DNA of 64,000 nucleotides from Haliotis cracherodii (Eukaryota), in assembly GCF_022045235.1 (NCBI RefSeq), contig NW_027266275.1, positions 60,016,001 to 60,080,000 of the forward strand, written 5' to 3'. The notes below the pieces were generated by a model, which saw nothing but the letters and a program-made list of their open reading frames with translations, did not search any database and was not told the DNA's origin. The first letter of the stretch is position 1. Each line of letters begins with the position of its first letter. A program made the translations under genes and the position numbers. Positions 35,671-49,262 of the stretch are shown in pieces.

Positions 35671-37264
35671 TATGTGTAAAGATAACACTTAAAAATGAAA
35701 TGTCAACATGTATATATATATACCTTCTTTGTGACGTGCAATCCTGAATGTGCAATAGAGACCAAAAGTAGGTTTGGCACTCCATTGGTTGATCAGCCGT
35801 CAGTTTTAGGGCTAGTGCATCTGAAGGAGATATTGTGTGATACCTAAACATATAGTTGAGTGTTGATCTGGGAGATAACAAAGCGATTAGGGTTTTTTTA
35901 ACGTGAGTCGATAAATTGAAATGATGACGACATGCCCCCGTAGTTCTTTATCGGTTCTTGTTGCATTATCTTAGATAGCGTGTATACAAAATACTAAAGT
36001 AGAAAATCTGTTGATAAACGTCTATCCAAGGTATATGCATCACATCGTTGGAAATTTAAATATCTAAGTACGAATGTCCACCTACATTTCACTTAAAATG
36101 CACAAACACCATCAAAAGGATGCATGTATTACTTTCTTAAATCCACCGACCTCCCAACATCCCACCCCTTCTCCCCAACATGAACAAGCTTCCAGGACTC
36201 TTGTTTCGTCTCGTAAGAGGACAATGCATTGATTCCTATGGCCAGGCCCTCTGAGTTGTTTGCTTGTATGTCTTCACGCCCGGGTAGGGATGACGTTTCT
36301 TCATGCTCCAGACTTGATCAGCTACAGAAGGCCATGACATAGCTGGAATATTGCTCACCATTCACTGGCTCTCTCACTCACCATCACCCATGTATCTTGT
36401 TAATACTAATTACATATTTTACATAACTATGTAAAGAACGAAATGCAGCTTTCACATTTTCGCTCAAAGCTCTCTTTCTCACAGTGGATGAGCTTTTGAA
36501 TTAGTGAATACACCGTACCCAAATCAATCTTCTTCACCGCTCCATCGATGATAGTGCCTCGCAATCGTGTGTGAACACATTTATAGCATGGTTCTTGTTA
36601 CAACAATTTCGCAATGCGGCTCCTCAACGATTAACTTTTCAATTCTGCAAAATGAGATATTTCTTCCTCAGACAGAAATAACGGCAGAATCAATTTTAGT
36701 TGGAATGAGTGGAAGTTACTTCAAATTTGTTTGAACTGACATTATATTTATATGGTGTTACACGAAGTTTGTTGAAAACAGTGTGCCGCGAATGAAATAC
36801 TTGATGAATTGTAGTTGGATTATTAAGATTGAAGATAACGACTGCTGTTGCCTGAGGTGAAGATAAAAAATCGTGTATTGTTAATTAAATGGTTTATTCA
36901 CTCATTCCGTGAGGGAGTGAATTGGCTTCAATGCAGAGTTTAGAAGTATGTCAGTTGAATCACGATGTAGAACCAAACCTGTGCTGGTGTGATTCACGAA
37001 CTTGGTAAATGTGTAATTTTTTTAAATGTTAAATATCAAGCTGACACGTTGTGATATAACTGAAATAGTTCCCACATCAGCACTTAAAATCGTAAAATAG
37101 AAGAATGAAATTTAATGAGAATATATAATCGATTTATTAACTAAACGTAACGACATACACGAACCCAATTAACTTTAATACCAAAAAACTAACTCACTTC
37201 ATTTGAAACCACTCTCTTTCTGTCACTCATATCATTCACACTTATGATTTCAAATTACTCACAT

Positions 37265-37531
37265 TGGTTGGTTGTTTTGTTGTTTCACGCCGCGCTCAGC
37301 AATATTGCAGCTGTATGACGGCGGTCTTTAAATAATCGAGTCTGGACCAGACAATCCAGTGATTAATATCATGAGTATCGATCCACGCAATTGGGATCGA
37401 TGACATGCATCAACCAAGTCAGGGAGCCTGACCACCCGATCCCGTTAGTCGCCTTTTACGACAAGCATAGTCGCCTTTTACGGCAAGTATGGGTTGCTGA
37501 AGACCTATTCTAACCCGGAATCTTCACGGGT
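37265..37531 (-). mobile_element. SINE family B copy
   Basis: Highly similar to 22154-22422; same 5' start. Confidence 0.88.
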
Positions 37532-38170
37532 TTCTTTTATATTGTTTACATACAAATATTACTCACGCCTCGAGATTGGGAAAACATCGATGTCACCAAA
37601 CCCAAACCGTCTGAACTATGTACGTTTTCTCAAATGATTGCACTGATCATCACGTTACAATGCAATAACTTTACATTCCATTCAGTCCCTCAGCACATAC
37701 AACAAATCCTTCAATCAGCTTACATAATCTCCCAACAAATTACATTAAAGCTTACGAACAGTCCAGTGCGAGTCCCATGTCTACAGTCAAATTAAATTCA
37801 ATGGTATCCCTTGTGATCTTGTCAAATGATTCGGTTGAAATAATTAATATTTTACCGCTTAGAAGTTGCCGTGGTTACAGCGATCTACCAAAACATAAGT
37901 TTGTCTGAGCATAACATTGCTCAGTGTTCGCAATGTTGGAAACTTCAATCGATTTGTCATCGTGTATATGGTAGCACATATATTAAAATAGGTGTAATTT
38001 AGGAGATGCTTATTTGCTTAACCCAGATGTTGTTTTATTAACATACGAATAGTAGATGGTATATATGAGTGATATAATGCAATAGACGTGACTTCGGAAC
38101 AGTTATGTCATGAAAAGTGCCTTATGAATATCTGTCAGGTCACTCGTTTACAGAACATGGAGCAATCAAA

Positions 38171-38360
38171 ACGCATGGGGATTCCGGGGTATAAAAACTC
38201 CTCAGCAACTTATGCTTGACGTAAGAGGCGACAAAACGGATCAGTGGTCAGCCTCGGTGACATGGTTGATTGCGTGTCATCGAAACCTGACGGCATGTGG
38301 AGTTGTTCAGAATATCAATCACTGATTTATATGATCCAGACTCGATTATGTATAGGCTGC
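38171..38360 (+). mobile_element. Older, diverged SINE family B copy
   Basis: gcttgacgtaagaggcgac core and ccagactcgattat motif; single rather than duplicated core hairpin. Confidence 0.6.
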
Positions 38361-38843
38361 CGTGTCTACATGGTCAGTTAAATTGTAAACTTACCATTTT
38401 GTTTACTCATACGTACTCTGAGATTAAATTTATAAAATTGATCTAATTATGTTTTTCTTGTAGATTTTCTCTCCATTCTGTAAGGTAATAATTAAAACGT
38501 CAAATGTTCCTTTTGTATATTTTGTAGTGATCATAATATTTTCTGGTTGCGTGTTTTGATCAGATTCATGGACCTCCAGATCCGAGGCCGGACGCCTTGT
38601 CCACCCTACCAAAAGCAGAGCTCGGTTGCAAGCTGAGAAGGAAATGACACCATCTGTAGCATGGCTTCACGACCGTACACACATTCATTTGCCACACATA
38701 ACACAACCTCGTACATACTTTTTTTATACACTTTGTTCAGAATAAATGAGAAAGTTTGAATTCGTGGTTTGCTAAGTCATGTTAAGCAGTGTCTATAGAA
38801 GCTTGAACAAAATAAGATTATTTATCAAGTAAATAAGACAATG

Positions 38844-40808
38844 GGTAGATTATTTTAAGGAATTACTTAATCCAGTGTCAATAGGGGATGAGAATTTCTC
38901 AGCTAAAGTCAGTGAGTTTCTTCAACATCATAATGATAGCTTATGCCCAGACTGTCAAAATCAAGATGCTATTTTATCGTGTGATTTTATCGAACAAGAT
39001 GTTGTAAACGCTCTTCACCATTTAACCAGAATTTTACAAATCAGTTGAAAATGTATTAACTCCATATCTTGTCATTTTGTTTAATGCAGTGTTGACCAGT
39101 GGACATTACCCAAAATTATGGTCAACGGGAATAATAATGCCACTGCATAAAAAAGGTAGCAAAAGTGATCCTAATAACTTTCGTGGTATATCACTTCTCA
39201 ATATAATGGGTAAAATGTTTTCTTATGTTCTGAATAAAAGACTACAATGTCTCTTAGACTACCAAGGCATAATTGGTGAATATCAAGGGGGGTTTAAGAA
39301 AGATCATTCAACTATTGATAACATTTTCATTTTGCAAGCTATTATACAAAAGTATATCACCCGCAAAAAAGGAAAAGTATATTGCGCTTTTATTGATTTT
39401 CGAAAAGCATTTGATATGGTTGATAGGAGTAAGTTAATGTATATTTTATTGCAAAATGGTATTCATGGCAAGTTTTTATGTATTATCCAGAGTATGTATA
39501 ATCATGTTAAAGCAACTGTAACATACGATTATGGCAAGAAAATTACTGAGTATTTTGATAGTTCATGTGGGGTAAGACAAGGTTGTACTCTTAGTCCAGT
39601 ACTGTTTTCTTTGTTTATCAACGAATTAGTTATATGTTTGGAAAGTAAATTCCAGGATGGTGTTTTTATCTCAGAGGAAATGTTAAATATAATTGCCCTG
39701 TTGTTTGCCGACGATTTAATACTTGTTGCAGACAGTGTATTAAAATTACAAAAGCGTCTTGATGAATTATATTTATACTCTGATAAATGAGGTATGGATA
39801 TTAATACTGAAAAGAGTAAAATTATTGTGTTTAAAATGGGAGGACCCTTGTCAAAAAATGAGAAATTGTATTATAACGGTGAACGTATGAATACGGTTAA
39901 CGCCTATAAATATTTGGGACTTGTTTTCACTCCCAAATTAATTTGGACTAAGGCCTGTAAAACTCTATGTGAGCAAGCAAGCAAAGCACTTTGGTCAGTT
40001 AAATCGTTAATAAGACGTTGTGACATTTCGGTTACGGAAGCATTCTTTATATTTGATAAAAAAATTGTTCCGATATTAATGTATGGTGCTGAGATTTGGT
40101 GATACCAAAAATGGAATACGATTGAAATTGTTCACCGCAAATTTTGTAAATTTTTACTTCACACGGGCTACAGGACTGCAAATGCAGTAGCCTATGATGA
40201 ATGTGGTAGGTATCCACTTCATACTATTTATTATGTAAAATGCATTAAATATTGGTTTAAGAATTTGCAAATGAGTCCAAACAGATACCCATACCAGTGT
40301 TATAAAATGTTATTATCCATTGCTGATAGAAAACGTCCTAACTGGGCATCGCATATCAGACTTTTGCTAAGTCATTATGGTTTTGGGGATGTATGGGCTG
40401 CACAAGGCGTTGGCAATGCAGAATTATTTGTACATATGTTCAGAGAAAGAGTTAAAGATTGTTCGTTTCAAGATTGGCATGCATCTCTAGGCAGCAAGAC
40501 CCTCTCATTCTATAAACTGCATAAATCTAATATCGTTTGTGAAAAATATTTATCAAATATTAAGCATTGTGAATATAGAAGGCTAATAACCAAATTTAGA
40601 TGTGGACAGAATACTCTTGGTATTCAACTTATACGTAGGGGTGTTGCTAATATTGAGGAGGATGCCGTCTTATAAAACACTGTCATGTAATTGAGGATGA
40701 ACTTCATGTTATATAAAACTGTCCTCTTTATGCAAGTCGGCGGGAAATGTATATCCCAAAGACAGTTAATCATAATTATTTTTGTTTAGAAAGACTCTAC
40801 GTGTTCTC

Positions 40809-40850
<42 letters not shown>

Positions 40851-40944
40851 GTATCAATTAGGTAACTCTTAGATAAATAAAATGTAAATGTATTTTGTAC
40901 AATGGGTCAAATGGCCTTATACAAATAAATCTGTCTGTCTGTCA
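38844..40944 (+). mobile_element. 5'-truncated non-LTR retrotransposon (RTE/RTEX-like LINE), inactivated
   Basis: RT motifs PLHKKG..NFRGISLL, QGGF, FIDFRKAFD, GVRQGCTLSP.LF, LFADD, YKYLG; C-terminal IEDELH..CPLY knuckle remnant. In-frame TGA at 39788-39790 and 40100-40102. Ends aataaa plus (tctg)n. 14-bp TSD taaataagacaatg at 38830-38843 and 40945-40958. Confidence 0.93.
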
Positions 40945-43629
40945 TAAATAAGACAATGATTTGATAAACCATTTTCAACATGAACAGACTTTTGAGTGGT
41001 GTAATACACCCATCCACCACACCATTCAGTTCAAGCACTCATAAAACCACACACCAGGGAAGAGGGATACAACTAGAGTCAATACACAATGGACAGTAAG
41101 ATGCTTCCGTTTGTCAGAGATAAATGATGATAATAACAAAATGCTTCCGTTCCAAGCATTTCACCACTTGCATTAACAACCTGCAATCGTCAGAAAAATA
41201 TTATAATTATAATAAGAATCATACAGACCGCCATACATAACTACACATGAATGATACGTAACTTTCTATTTCATATTTGACGTGTTTAAGTAACGCGGAA
41301 TATCCATGCAGATTGAAATGTAAATGTTTACTTAGATTGTGTCAGCATGATGTAAGAGATTCATTATCCACTTTTCATTGTATAATTATAACTGTCAGTT
41401 CCACTTGCACTTGCATTTTGGCTGAATTCGCTACATACTTTGTGTTACGAGGTGATTTCCAAATCGAAACCCATAACTAATTTGTGAAATCAGTAAATGA
41501 TCACCCGAGAACAAGGTATTATTAATACATTTAAAAATTACACACAGTTTTAAGTTTACAATCAAAAGAGACAAGACAATGGAACACATATGTGGCAGCA
41601 ACAATTATTATCAGACCTTTTAATAAATGCTAATGAATTTTAGAATGTTTAGAATTTTGTCACGCTCGAAAGTTTTGAAGGAGTTCTGTTTCCGTTCTTA
41701 AATCTGGTAATAGTAATGGGAGCTGGCAGGAATTCGGTGTTTTCAAAACGGTATCTAATCCGGACTTGGCAAATAAATTAGACGCAAGTAGGGTCGTGAA
41801 AGGCCTCGAATCACCCTCTTCTCACGCTTATAATATAATAGGTAAAGATAACCTCCTTGAAACTGTCCCATGCCGAAACTCCTCGAACGATCAAGCCTGT
41901 CGTATGTGTTTACAACAATGAGGGGCAGAAGACTCTAATCATTTCCTTTTCATGTCTACTACCATACTCGACATCTTATTAGCGTTTGAGTCCTTTGCTG
42001 ACACTGACAATCACTACAAAAACACTTACAGCAATATCTACTACCACATACCACTTGCTATCAATCTGTCAAAAGCCGTACATTTGCTGGTGATGATATT
42101 GTGAACGACACCAGTTTTGTTAATGTAGATGTATGTTCTATATGAATGAAACTGCTATTGATTATTTAAGTAATATGTCAAGATCAAACCTTATCAAACC
42201 CACACGGGGCGTATTGTTTTTATAAAACTGAATGTAATCAAGGAGTAGCATGTAGTAGCAGTGAATGAATGCAAGATTGACCTATCTTATTTCAGTTTTA
42301 ATAATTCTTTAATGTGCCCTTACAGTACATATGAAATTTTAAAGTATCACTTACTTACCAGCAGCCTACCGGAACGTCGTTGAAAGAAACAGAGTTGCAA
42401 AACAGAAGTCAATCATGTTTTTATTTAGAAAACGATATTTCTACATGCAGACTGTTGGGGGAACAGATTTTGTTTTAAAATGTAATAAGAAAACCACGGA
42501 TACCACCCCTGTCTGATGGAGAAATTTAATCAGAATGTGATCTTGTTTTTATTGATAATTATTATTAATGATACAGAAATCAAATTGCATGTATCAAGTG
42601 AATACGTGTACAAGTCTCTTGACAGCAGGATTGATTCGATACAGTTGTGGAATGTTTACAAATAATATATTCTACAGAAAGGGACAGTAAAGAGTATGTT
42701 AACTTCGCCGTTTAAGACATTTGAAACCTAACCCAGCAATCTTTGTTTCATGGAATGTGTATGCAGAGTATTTAGAGTTCGTTCAAAATAAATACAATCA
42801 ACATTGCTATCTCTGAAAACATTACTCTTCAAGTTAGCAGTTTTCATGAAAGATCGGCGTTCATCTTGTGTAACAAGGTACTAAAAGTTTAAGCTTTTAC
42901 CCTCTGGTCGCTGTAGGAGATTTTTGTCCTTAATCTTTCATACCAGCCTGTATTCGCCTAATTTTACCCCAATGTGAAATTGTGTTTCTATCTAATTCTA
43001 GATACATGCAGTGTTCTTAATTACTAAACCGTTTTATGGATTTGTTAATTCATACACGTAAGCTCAAACTTCGTTATCTTCTGTTATTCCCTAGTTTAAG
43101 TAGTTTAAGTTCCAACACTTTCGCTAGTGTGTATGTGTGTTGGTCTCTATGTCTTAACATACTATATATATTTCACGACACACTACACATTCGCTTCGGG
43201 ATAATAAAGTCTTATTAGATCTTATCTATTCTTATTTTATCTTACGATCGATATCTTATCGATTGTGTCAAGAAACATCGCAAGCATAAAGCTAAATTTA
43301 AACACACTTTAAGAGCCATATATCAACTGTAGTGTCATCCGAATGGATGATATATACTTAGGTTCTTTGAACTATGACGAAACTGTGAAGAGAGGTAACG
43401 GCAAAATCTTCCAAAAATTACATTCAGAAATGAATGTCCTAAAACGCGAGGGTACTGCTTTAGACATCGAAAATCCACGAGACTCTGATTTTATTTGGAC
43501 CTGACAGTGTAACTTGGTTTTAAACTTGGCATGAAATGAAGGAATTGTGTGTGGCATGTGTGATTTAGTTTAATGTTTGATTGTGTGCGAATTATGGACA
43601 CGTTCAGAAGCTTAAGATGAAAGAGGAAT

Positions 43630-43663
43630 GGGGGGGGCGGGGGGGGGGGGGGGGGGGGGGGGG
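43630..43663 (+). repeat. Poly-G tract (~33 nt, one C interruption)
   Basis: Visible in sequence. Confidence 0.95.
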
Positions 43664-43714
43664 CTCAGCGATGTTTATAACCCCACATCTAATTCATTGC
43701 TGTATATATATAAA

Positions 43715-43868
43715 TATATGGTATTCATATATAGATGACATAATTTCTTTCATCAATGCTAAGACTTATGAGTATCTTCACCTCATGTGTCCACTTGAAT
43801 TGAAAATGAAAGAAACAGCTAAGAAACCTTATTTAGTTTCCTGTCTGGATTTATTTATTCAAAACTGT
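43715..43868 (+). mobile_element. Penelope-like RT catalytic-motif fragment
   Basis: YIDDIISFIN...YLHLMCPLELKMKET...SCLDL matches the RYIDD..IYP.ELE.K.T...SYLDL pattern of PLE RTs. Confidence 0.7.
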
Positions 43869-46800
43869 TGATATTGTGAAGCTGTATATCAATATTTGAA
43901 ATTCTGTTACGTTTATGGTCACGAAAAGCAGTTTAATGTTTCACATAACACAGACATATGTCACTGATGAATTAACGAACGTATTCTGTGACATGACATG
44001 ACATGACATGAAAATGTCCCTCGATTTTTCCTCCTCGGCCAGTTGGCACGTTCCACCAAGAATGCATTCGTGATATCATTCTGATGATGCGTGGGAGAAA
44101 CCTAAAATACATCTTACTCTCCTATTTTCCTATTTCACAGCCTTATTTGTTGTCACATGCAACCACTCACACGCTGAGAAAACGAAAAGACGATAAAGAT
44201 AATAATCACGACTTCGTGAAACGTAAATGCCATCTTACTGACAAATGTAAAACCTAGTCCATTTCCTGTTGTATACACCGTGCTTCTCAATCTTGAGCAA
44301 CGTAAAAAGATATGTTTTGACACTAGCTTTGCGCAAATATGCTTCATAATTGCTTCTTTTGATTTGCGAACACCTGGTACCTGCAGCATCATGATCTCAA
44401 CTGATTCATGTGGGAATCGTACAAAGGACACTTTCTTATTGTTATGGAAAGGGCTTTGTCTCTACTACTTTAGTGTGTATATCGTCTTTGGAAATATTAA
44501 ACCTAGTGAAAACGTATTTCTCCATGTTGGCGAATCACCCTTGTATGTGTTTATGTTATAGCTATGCACTTAAGCAATGAGGTTCACGTTGAGCTTTACG
44601 ACCGCGAGGAGGGATACATAGTACATGAAATGACACTGTTGAGATTACCCATGATTTTTATATTCGTGGAAGCTTGAACATTTATCAATACGTTCAAATG
44701 ATGAACGGGTCTCACAAGCATACTTCTACTTCATTTACGCATAACATTATTAGTTTTTCTGCAGACATTATAGACATCGTGTGATTGTAATATCTTAAAA
44801 AAACATGTACACGAGCAATATATCAAGATTTCCACTTTCATGCCCCCCGAAAGCCAGGGTTCCCTCTTGTACTCAAATGCCTGCATACAAATACATATGC
44901 ACATCCTGAATATAAACATCTCAAGAGATGAGTGATTATGTCTGAGTTATGAGCATATTAGCAACAGCTATATTCTCCTGCTGTGAACCATGCGTGTTGT
45001 TGTTGCTCTTCCTGAATAAAATAAAAACATGACGACTCCCTCAAGAGAGCGTAAAAGCATATTATCCACTGACTTGCATCCTTCTGAGACGAGTGTTCCA
45101 CTGTCGACGTTTCCCTACCCTCCATCTTACAGTATTTCTCCTATTGAATACACGAGACCACGAAAATAAGTTCTGATGTGCGTTTTACATGATTAGAGGA
45201 AACAGAGTTTGACTCTTCTCCTGCACTTGGACCCGGTGTTGGACTGTGTTCGGAATGTTTTAGGTCAAACTTGATCATCACACTTGCGATTGCAAATGGG
45301 AAATGAGTGTTAATGCGACTATTGTGAGGTCTCTGTGGTTGATACAAGTACAGTATTCAAGATGGCTGTTCATGAAATGTCTCCATGAAAAAAGCAAGTT
45401 GTCAAGTTGTAACGAGACGGTTGGTCTCAGAAGTGTTCATGAACTTGGTAAACATATCATTTCCACTAATTCAGTCAGATTATTATACTTGACAACGACA
45501 AAGTTATCATTTCCGAACACCAAGGCGAATGTACAGGTAGGACGTGATACAGGTTGAAGCAATATATCCATTTATCATTAGAACCACTGTGCCTCTCAAT
45601 GAGAGGCATGTAAAACCAAATTTCGTTGCGAGCATGATATGACGTTTGTTAAAATGAGTACCAATTAACGTCTGAACGAAAAGGCTTAGTCTACACTGTA
45701 ATGGCATGAAAGCAAATTTAAACTTGCTGTTGCAAAACTGGGAGACATGTTTGTTCCCATCGTTCTAAATGCCTGTGCAAGAAATCAAGGTAAACTGAGG
45801 GGGGAAGTATACGGAGTTCGATTTTTACGTAATTGGAAATAGAAAGAACTGTTGATAAATTTGATTGTCTCTAAAAAGATCAAATTTATTGATTTCTAAA
45901 GATAAGATGTCTAAAATGCCCATCAGCTAGGGTTTTATTTGTTTTTAGAGTTTTAGATAATGTATTAAATAATAAAACCATGTGGAGTGTTTTGAGCGGC
46001 AGTATATTACGATTTTTCTATAATATCGCTAACTTAAGGTGTTTTTAATGAAAGCTAATTTTATGATAGAATCAACTGAGGTATTATTTCCTTTGCCCCT
46101 CAGTCTATAAGACGAACTACATTGAAGCCAATTCGATGGTCTGATGTCATTTAAAGGCGGGAAAAAGAAAATATATATCTTTGTCCAGTGAATAGATGCA
46201 CATGTTGACTTGGTTAAGTAAAGTCTGATATTATGAGGATTCCCAAAGATACTTCATTAAGAGCACTCTTTATACCATTTTGGCATTTGGTCTATATATC
46301 TATCGAAACTTATTAAATAGCTTTCGGAATCAAGTTGTGGGTTTCCGAATCCCAACTTCACCTGCAGTCTGATAATCAAATGACAGTTACGCCTGGGAAC
46401 GTAACTACAAAGCTGATTGCAGAGATTTAATTGAACTTGTGTTAAAATCTAAATCAATAGAATGTAGACGTTTTTACTGAAATGACCCACATTCGTTGTC
46501 ATTCAACTCAACAAGGGTAATAGTTATAACACTTTCTAGGATTTTGTTTGTTTTGATCAGCATTAGGATTGAATAGCTCCTGTGACAAAAACGTGCTCTG
46601 AAACAAATCCGTTTATGTATCTCACTTAATTACGTGGGGTTATACTTTCTCAATGATAGATTGTTTTACAATGGAATTAAACATTGTTTTTATGTTTTCT
46701 GCACAAGCCAGTGAAATGAAATGCCAATGAACGAGATAAAGTTGTATTTTTTCTAATAGCTGCTTTTCCTGCTGTCAGACAAAAACAACTTACATCATTC

Positions 46801-47582
46801 AATCTGGTTATTTTCTTTGATGTTCAGCACGTACTTTAGGGATAATTCAAAGTATCCTTTTACAGGCATAAAGTCAGTAAACACAATTCATCAAAAAAGA
46901 GTTTTATGTCTGTGTCTGTGGTAACCTTCAAGCAATGAATGTGTCTCATTTTAAAATAATTACTAATACTTTACTTTCTTGAATTACTTGTCACAATTAA
47001 CTACCTTCTGACTCCTATAATACTGGGATGGATGCTGTTGCTTGCGTTGAGGTCGATGTCAGTATCACCATGACTTCTATCGGATAAATCCGTGCATGTG
47101 CACGTCTACACTACATTATTTCAAACTGGCAAGATTAAATGGTTACTGTCTGAACGAGCTATTGTAAGAAATAACAGTTGCAGACATGTGTCAGCACATC
47201 TTACAAAAAGGAAATCTTCGAGAAGACATAACAGATAACAAATTCAAGATTTGTTTCGTATTTCTGCAAGAAATAATGACAAGAGAGTTCCAGAATCCAT
47301 TTTGTTAAAAAAATAATGAATTAAGGATTTGGCTTTCTTCTGTGTTTGACAGCTATATTGGTTTACACAAAAGTGGTGTTTCCTTTTATGAGCAAGCTGT
47401 GTCAAGAAGTACGCATGTTTCTAATGACTCAAACTATACCGCTTACATGTGAAAATAGTGTAACATATCACATTATCAGCTTTCAAAAACATAGATCGTT
47501 ATGTGGACGTAGTTAAACATGCACTCTCTTGAAATAATCATGCACATTGTTTAAATATCATACATTGCGATTATTATACGAG

Positions 47583-47703
47583 CATGTGTGTCAAACTGAT
47601 GTTACGAAACTAGTGCCATAATTCTTGTATTTACCGAGCGAGAGCGAGGGTAATACATAAATTCTTACACGTGTTTAGTAAAATCAGTATGGCACACAGG
47701 TGA
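47583..47703. repeat. Imperfect palindrome (MITE-like)
   Basis: tgtgtgtcaaactgatgttacgaaactagtg pairs with cacgtgtttagtaaaatcagtatggcacaca. Confidence 0.6.
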
Positions 47704-47836
47704 GTATAATCATTTCTTTGTTACCCATTAATTCCTAATCCTTTTGAGCACCCCTTTAGCAAAATGAACTGATCACGACCACAGTCTTAGAAAACCACAT
47801 TTGTAGAATCACGTCTCTAATCTTCAGCCGGGGCGG

Positions 47837-48075
47837 TGTTTTGATGGTCTGATACTGCAAATATGAACATCTTTCGAATGTGATGTCAACGACGTTGTCA
47901 TGATAAGCATAATGTCTGCAAACATGAATCTGTTGCTGTCCCCAAACATCTAGGCACATAAATCACGAAATCTGTTTCTTAAACAAACTGGCGGCGGACG
48001 GGTAGCCTAGTGGTTAAAGCGTTCGCTCGTCACGCCGAAGACCCGGGTTCGAATCCCGACATGGGTACATTGTAT
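47837..48075 (+). repeat. Inverted duplicate of about 62608-62846 (unique flank plus SINE-A 5' half)
   Basis: Near-identical reverse complement over ~240 bp. Confidence 0.92.
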
Positions 48076-48769
48076 GTCATGCTGTTGATGAATGTTTTGA
48101 AAGTAACCAAACTGCTGATCATTTGTTACCAAAGGAATAAAGCGTAGGGTTGCGTATAGAGACTTTAACCATTAAAGATAAAGTTTTATTACTTTTATGG
48201 ACGATATCTGAGTATATGTGTCATACTTGTGTTTATTCAAACGTTCACACAGAGCATATCTTTCCCGTTGACGATTGAGAAATGCAGCTTCAAAGGTACA
48301 GTGTATATCAAGTTAACACCCGAGCAACCGGATCTGAACCAAACAACGCAGTTCATAACGGCAATCTTATTGTAGAGTCGCTCTTTGTGATCCACTGCCA
48401 ACTCAGTCGCTCAATCACTTGTGTTAGCATGTCTCTGTTGTTTGTCGCTTCAGTGTTTGCTGACGACTGGCTGCATGAGTTAGGTTTAACGCTGATTTGA
48501 CCAATGTCTCTGTTATAGCTCGGTGTGTCAGCTTGATGCGGGAACAAATTCCGACACGATGCAAGTCATAAATTACGGCTTAGGTACTGATATACCCAGA
48601 ATTATAATCAGTGCGAATGTGGGATTAGAGTGGGTGCGAGACAGCTGCATTGCTGTTCTTGACTTCACGAGTCCCATTTATGTTAGATATCCCAAAGATG
48701 ACGACTAAAAGACTGCAAGTTATTGTTACCAGGAGATCTGGTGATTCCACAACTGTGGTGATATTATCG

Positions 48770-49140
48770 ACAAGACTCACATTCCTGGTCCTGCACATGC
48801 AGACTACTGAACAGGAATGGCTGTATAATTATAGTATTTCTTTAATTATATAAACGTTGGATAGTGAATAAGGATACACGATACTCGGGTACAGACAAGG
48901 AATTCAACCACTGGAAAATGCTGCCTTGTTTTATTAAACCCAGGTTGGTAAAACCATATGCACAAATCGTGCTAACCTTTACAGCTTCCCAAATACATAT
49001 CACTACAGGTTAATCCGAGCTAAGATGACCATTAATAAACTGTTTCGGCCAGCTGAGAACAAAAAGAGACTTGATGCGTCTGTTCATTTTGACACTACAG
49101 TGATAACGGCATGTGTTGTACTTCATAGTCTGTGCGAGAT
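48770..49140 (+). pseudogene. PIF/Harbinger transposase (HARBI1-like DDE) fragment
   Basis: DY*/NRNG.Y near 48803, then RAKMTI..CFGQLR and VITACVVLHSLCE, matching the NRKG / IE.AFG.LK / ACCVLHN motifs. Confidence 0.65.
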
Positions 49141-49262
49141 ATAGAGAATACTACACTCATTCTCGTCAGATACCACTTTTACGAAACGAGTGGTTTTAAG
49201 AAAGTTCACGAGTTTCGTAAAAATGGTATCTGAAGAGAATGAGTGTGGTATTTTATTTATTA
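49141..49262. repeat. Long near-perfect palindrome (MITE-like)
   Basis: aatactacactcattctcgtcagataccacttttacgaaacgagtg ... cacgagtttcgtaaaaatggtatctgaagagaatgagtgtggtatt: ~45-bp arms around a short spacer. Confidence 0.8.

Noticed and set aside
39788-40102. Two in-frame TGA codons in the LINE as selenocysteine or readthrough recoding
   Set aside because: They sit where W (TGG) and G (GGA) are expected, and the element also has frameshifts and 5' truncation; simple decay explains them.
47990-48065. tRNA gene (also at 62620-62693 and 35600-35670)
   Set aside because: The A/B boxes continue into a shared SINE body and tail, with a TSD at the 62.5-kb copy. These are SINE heads.
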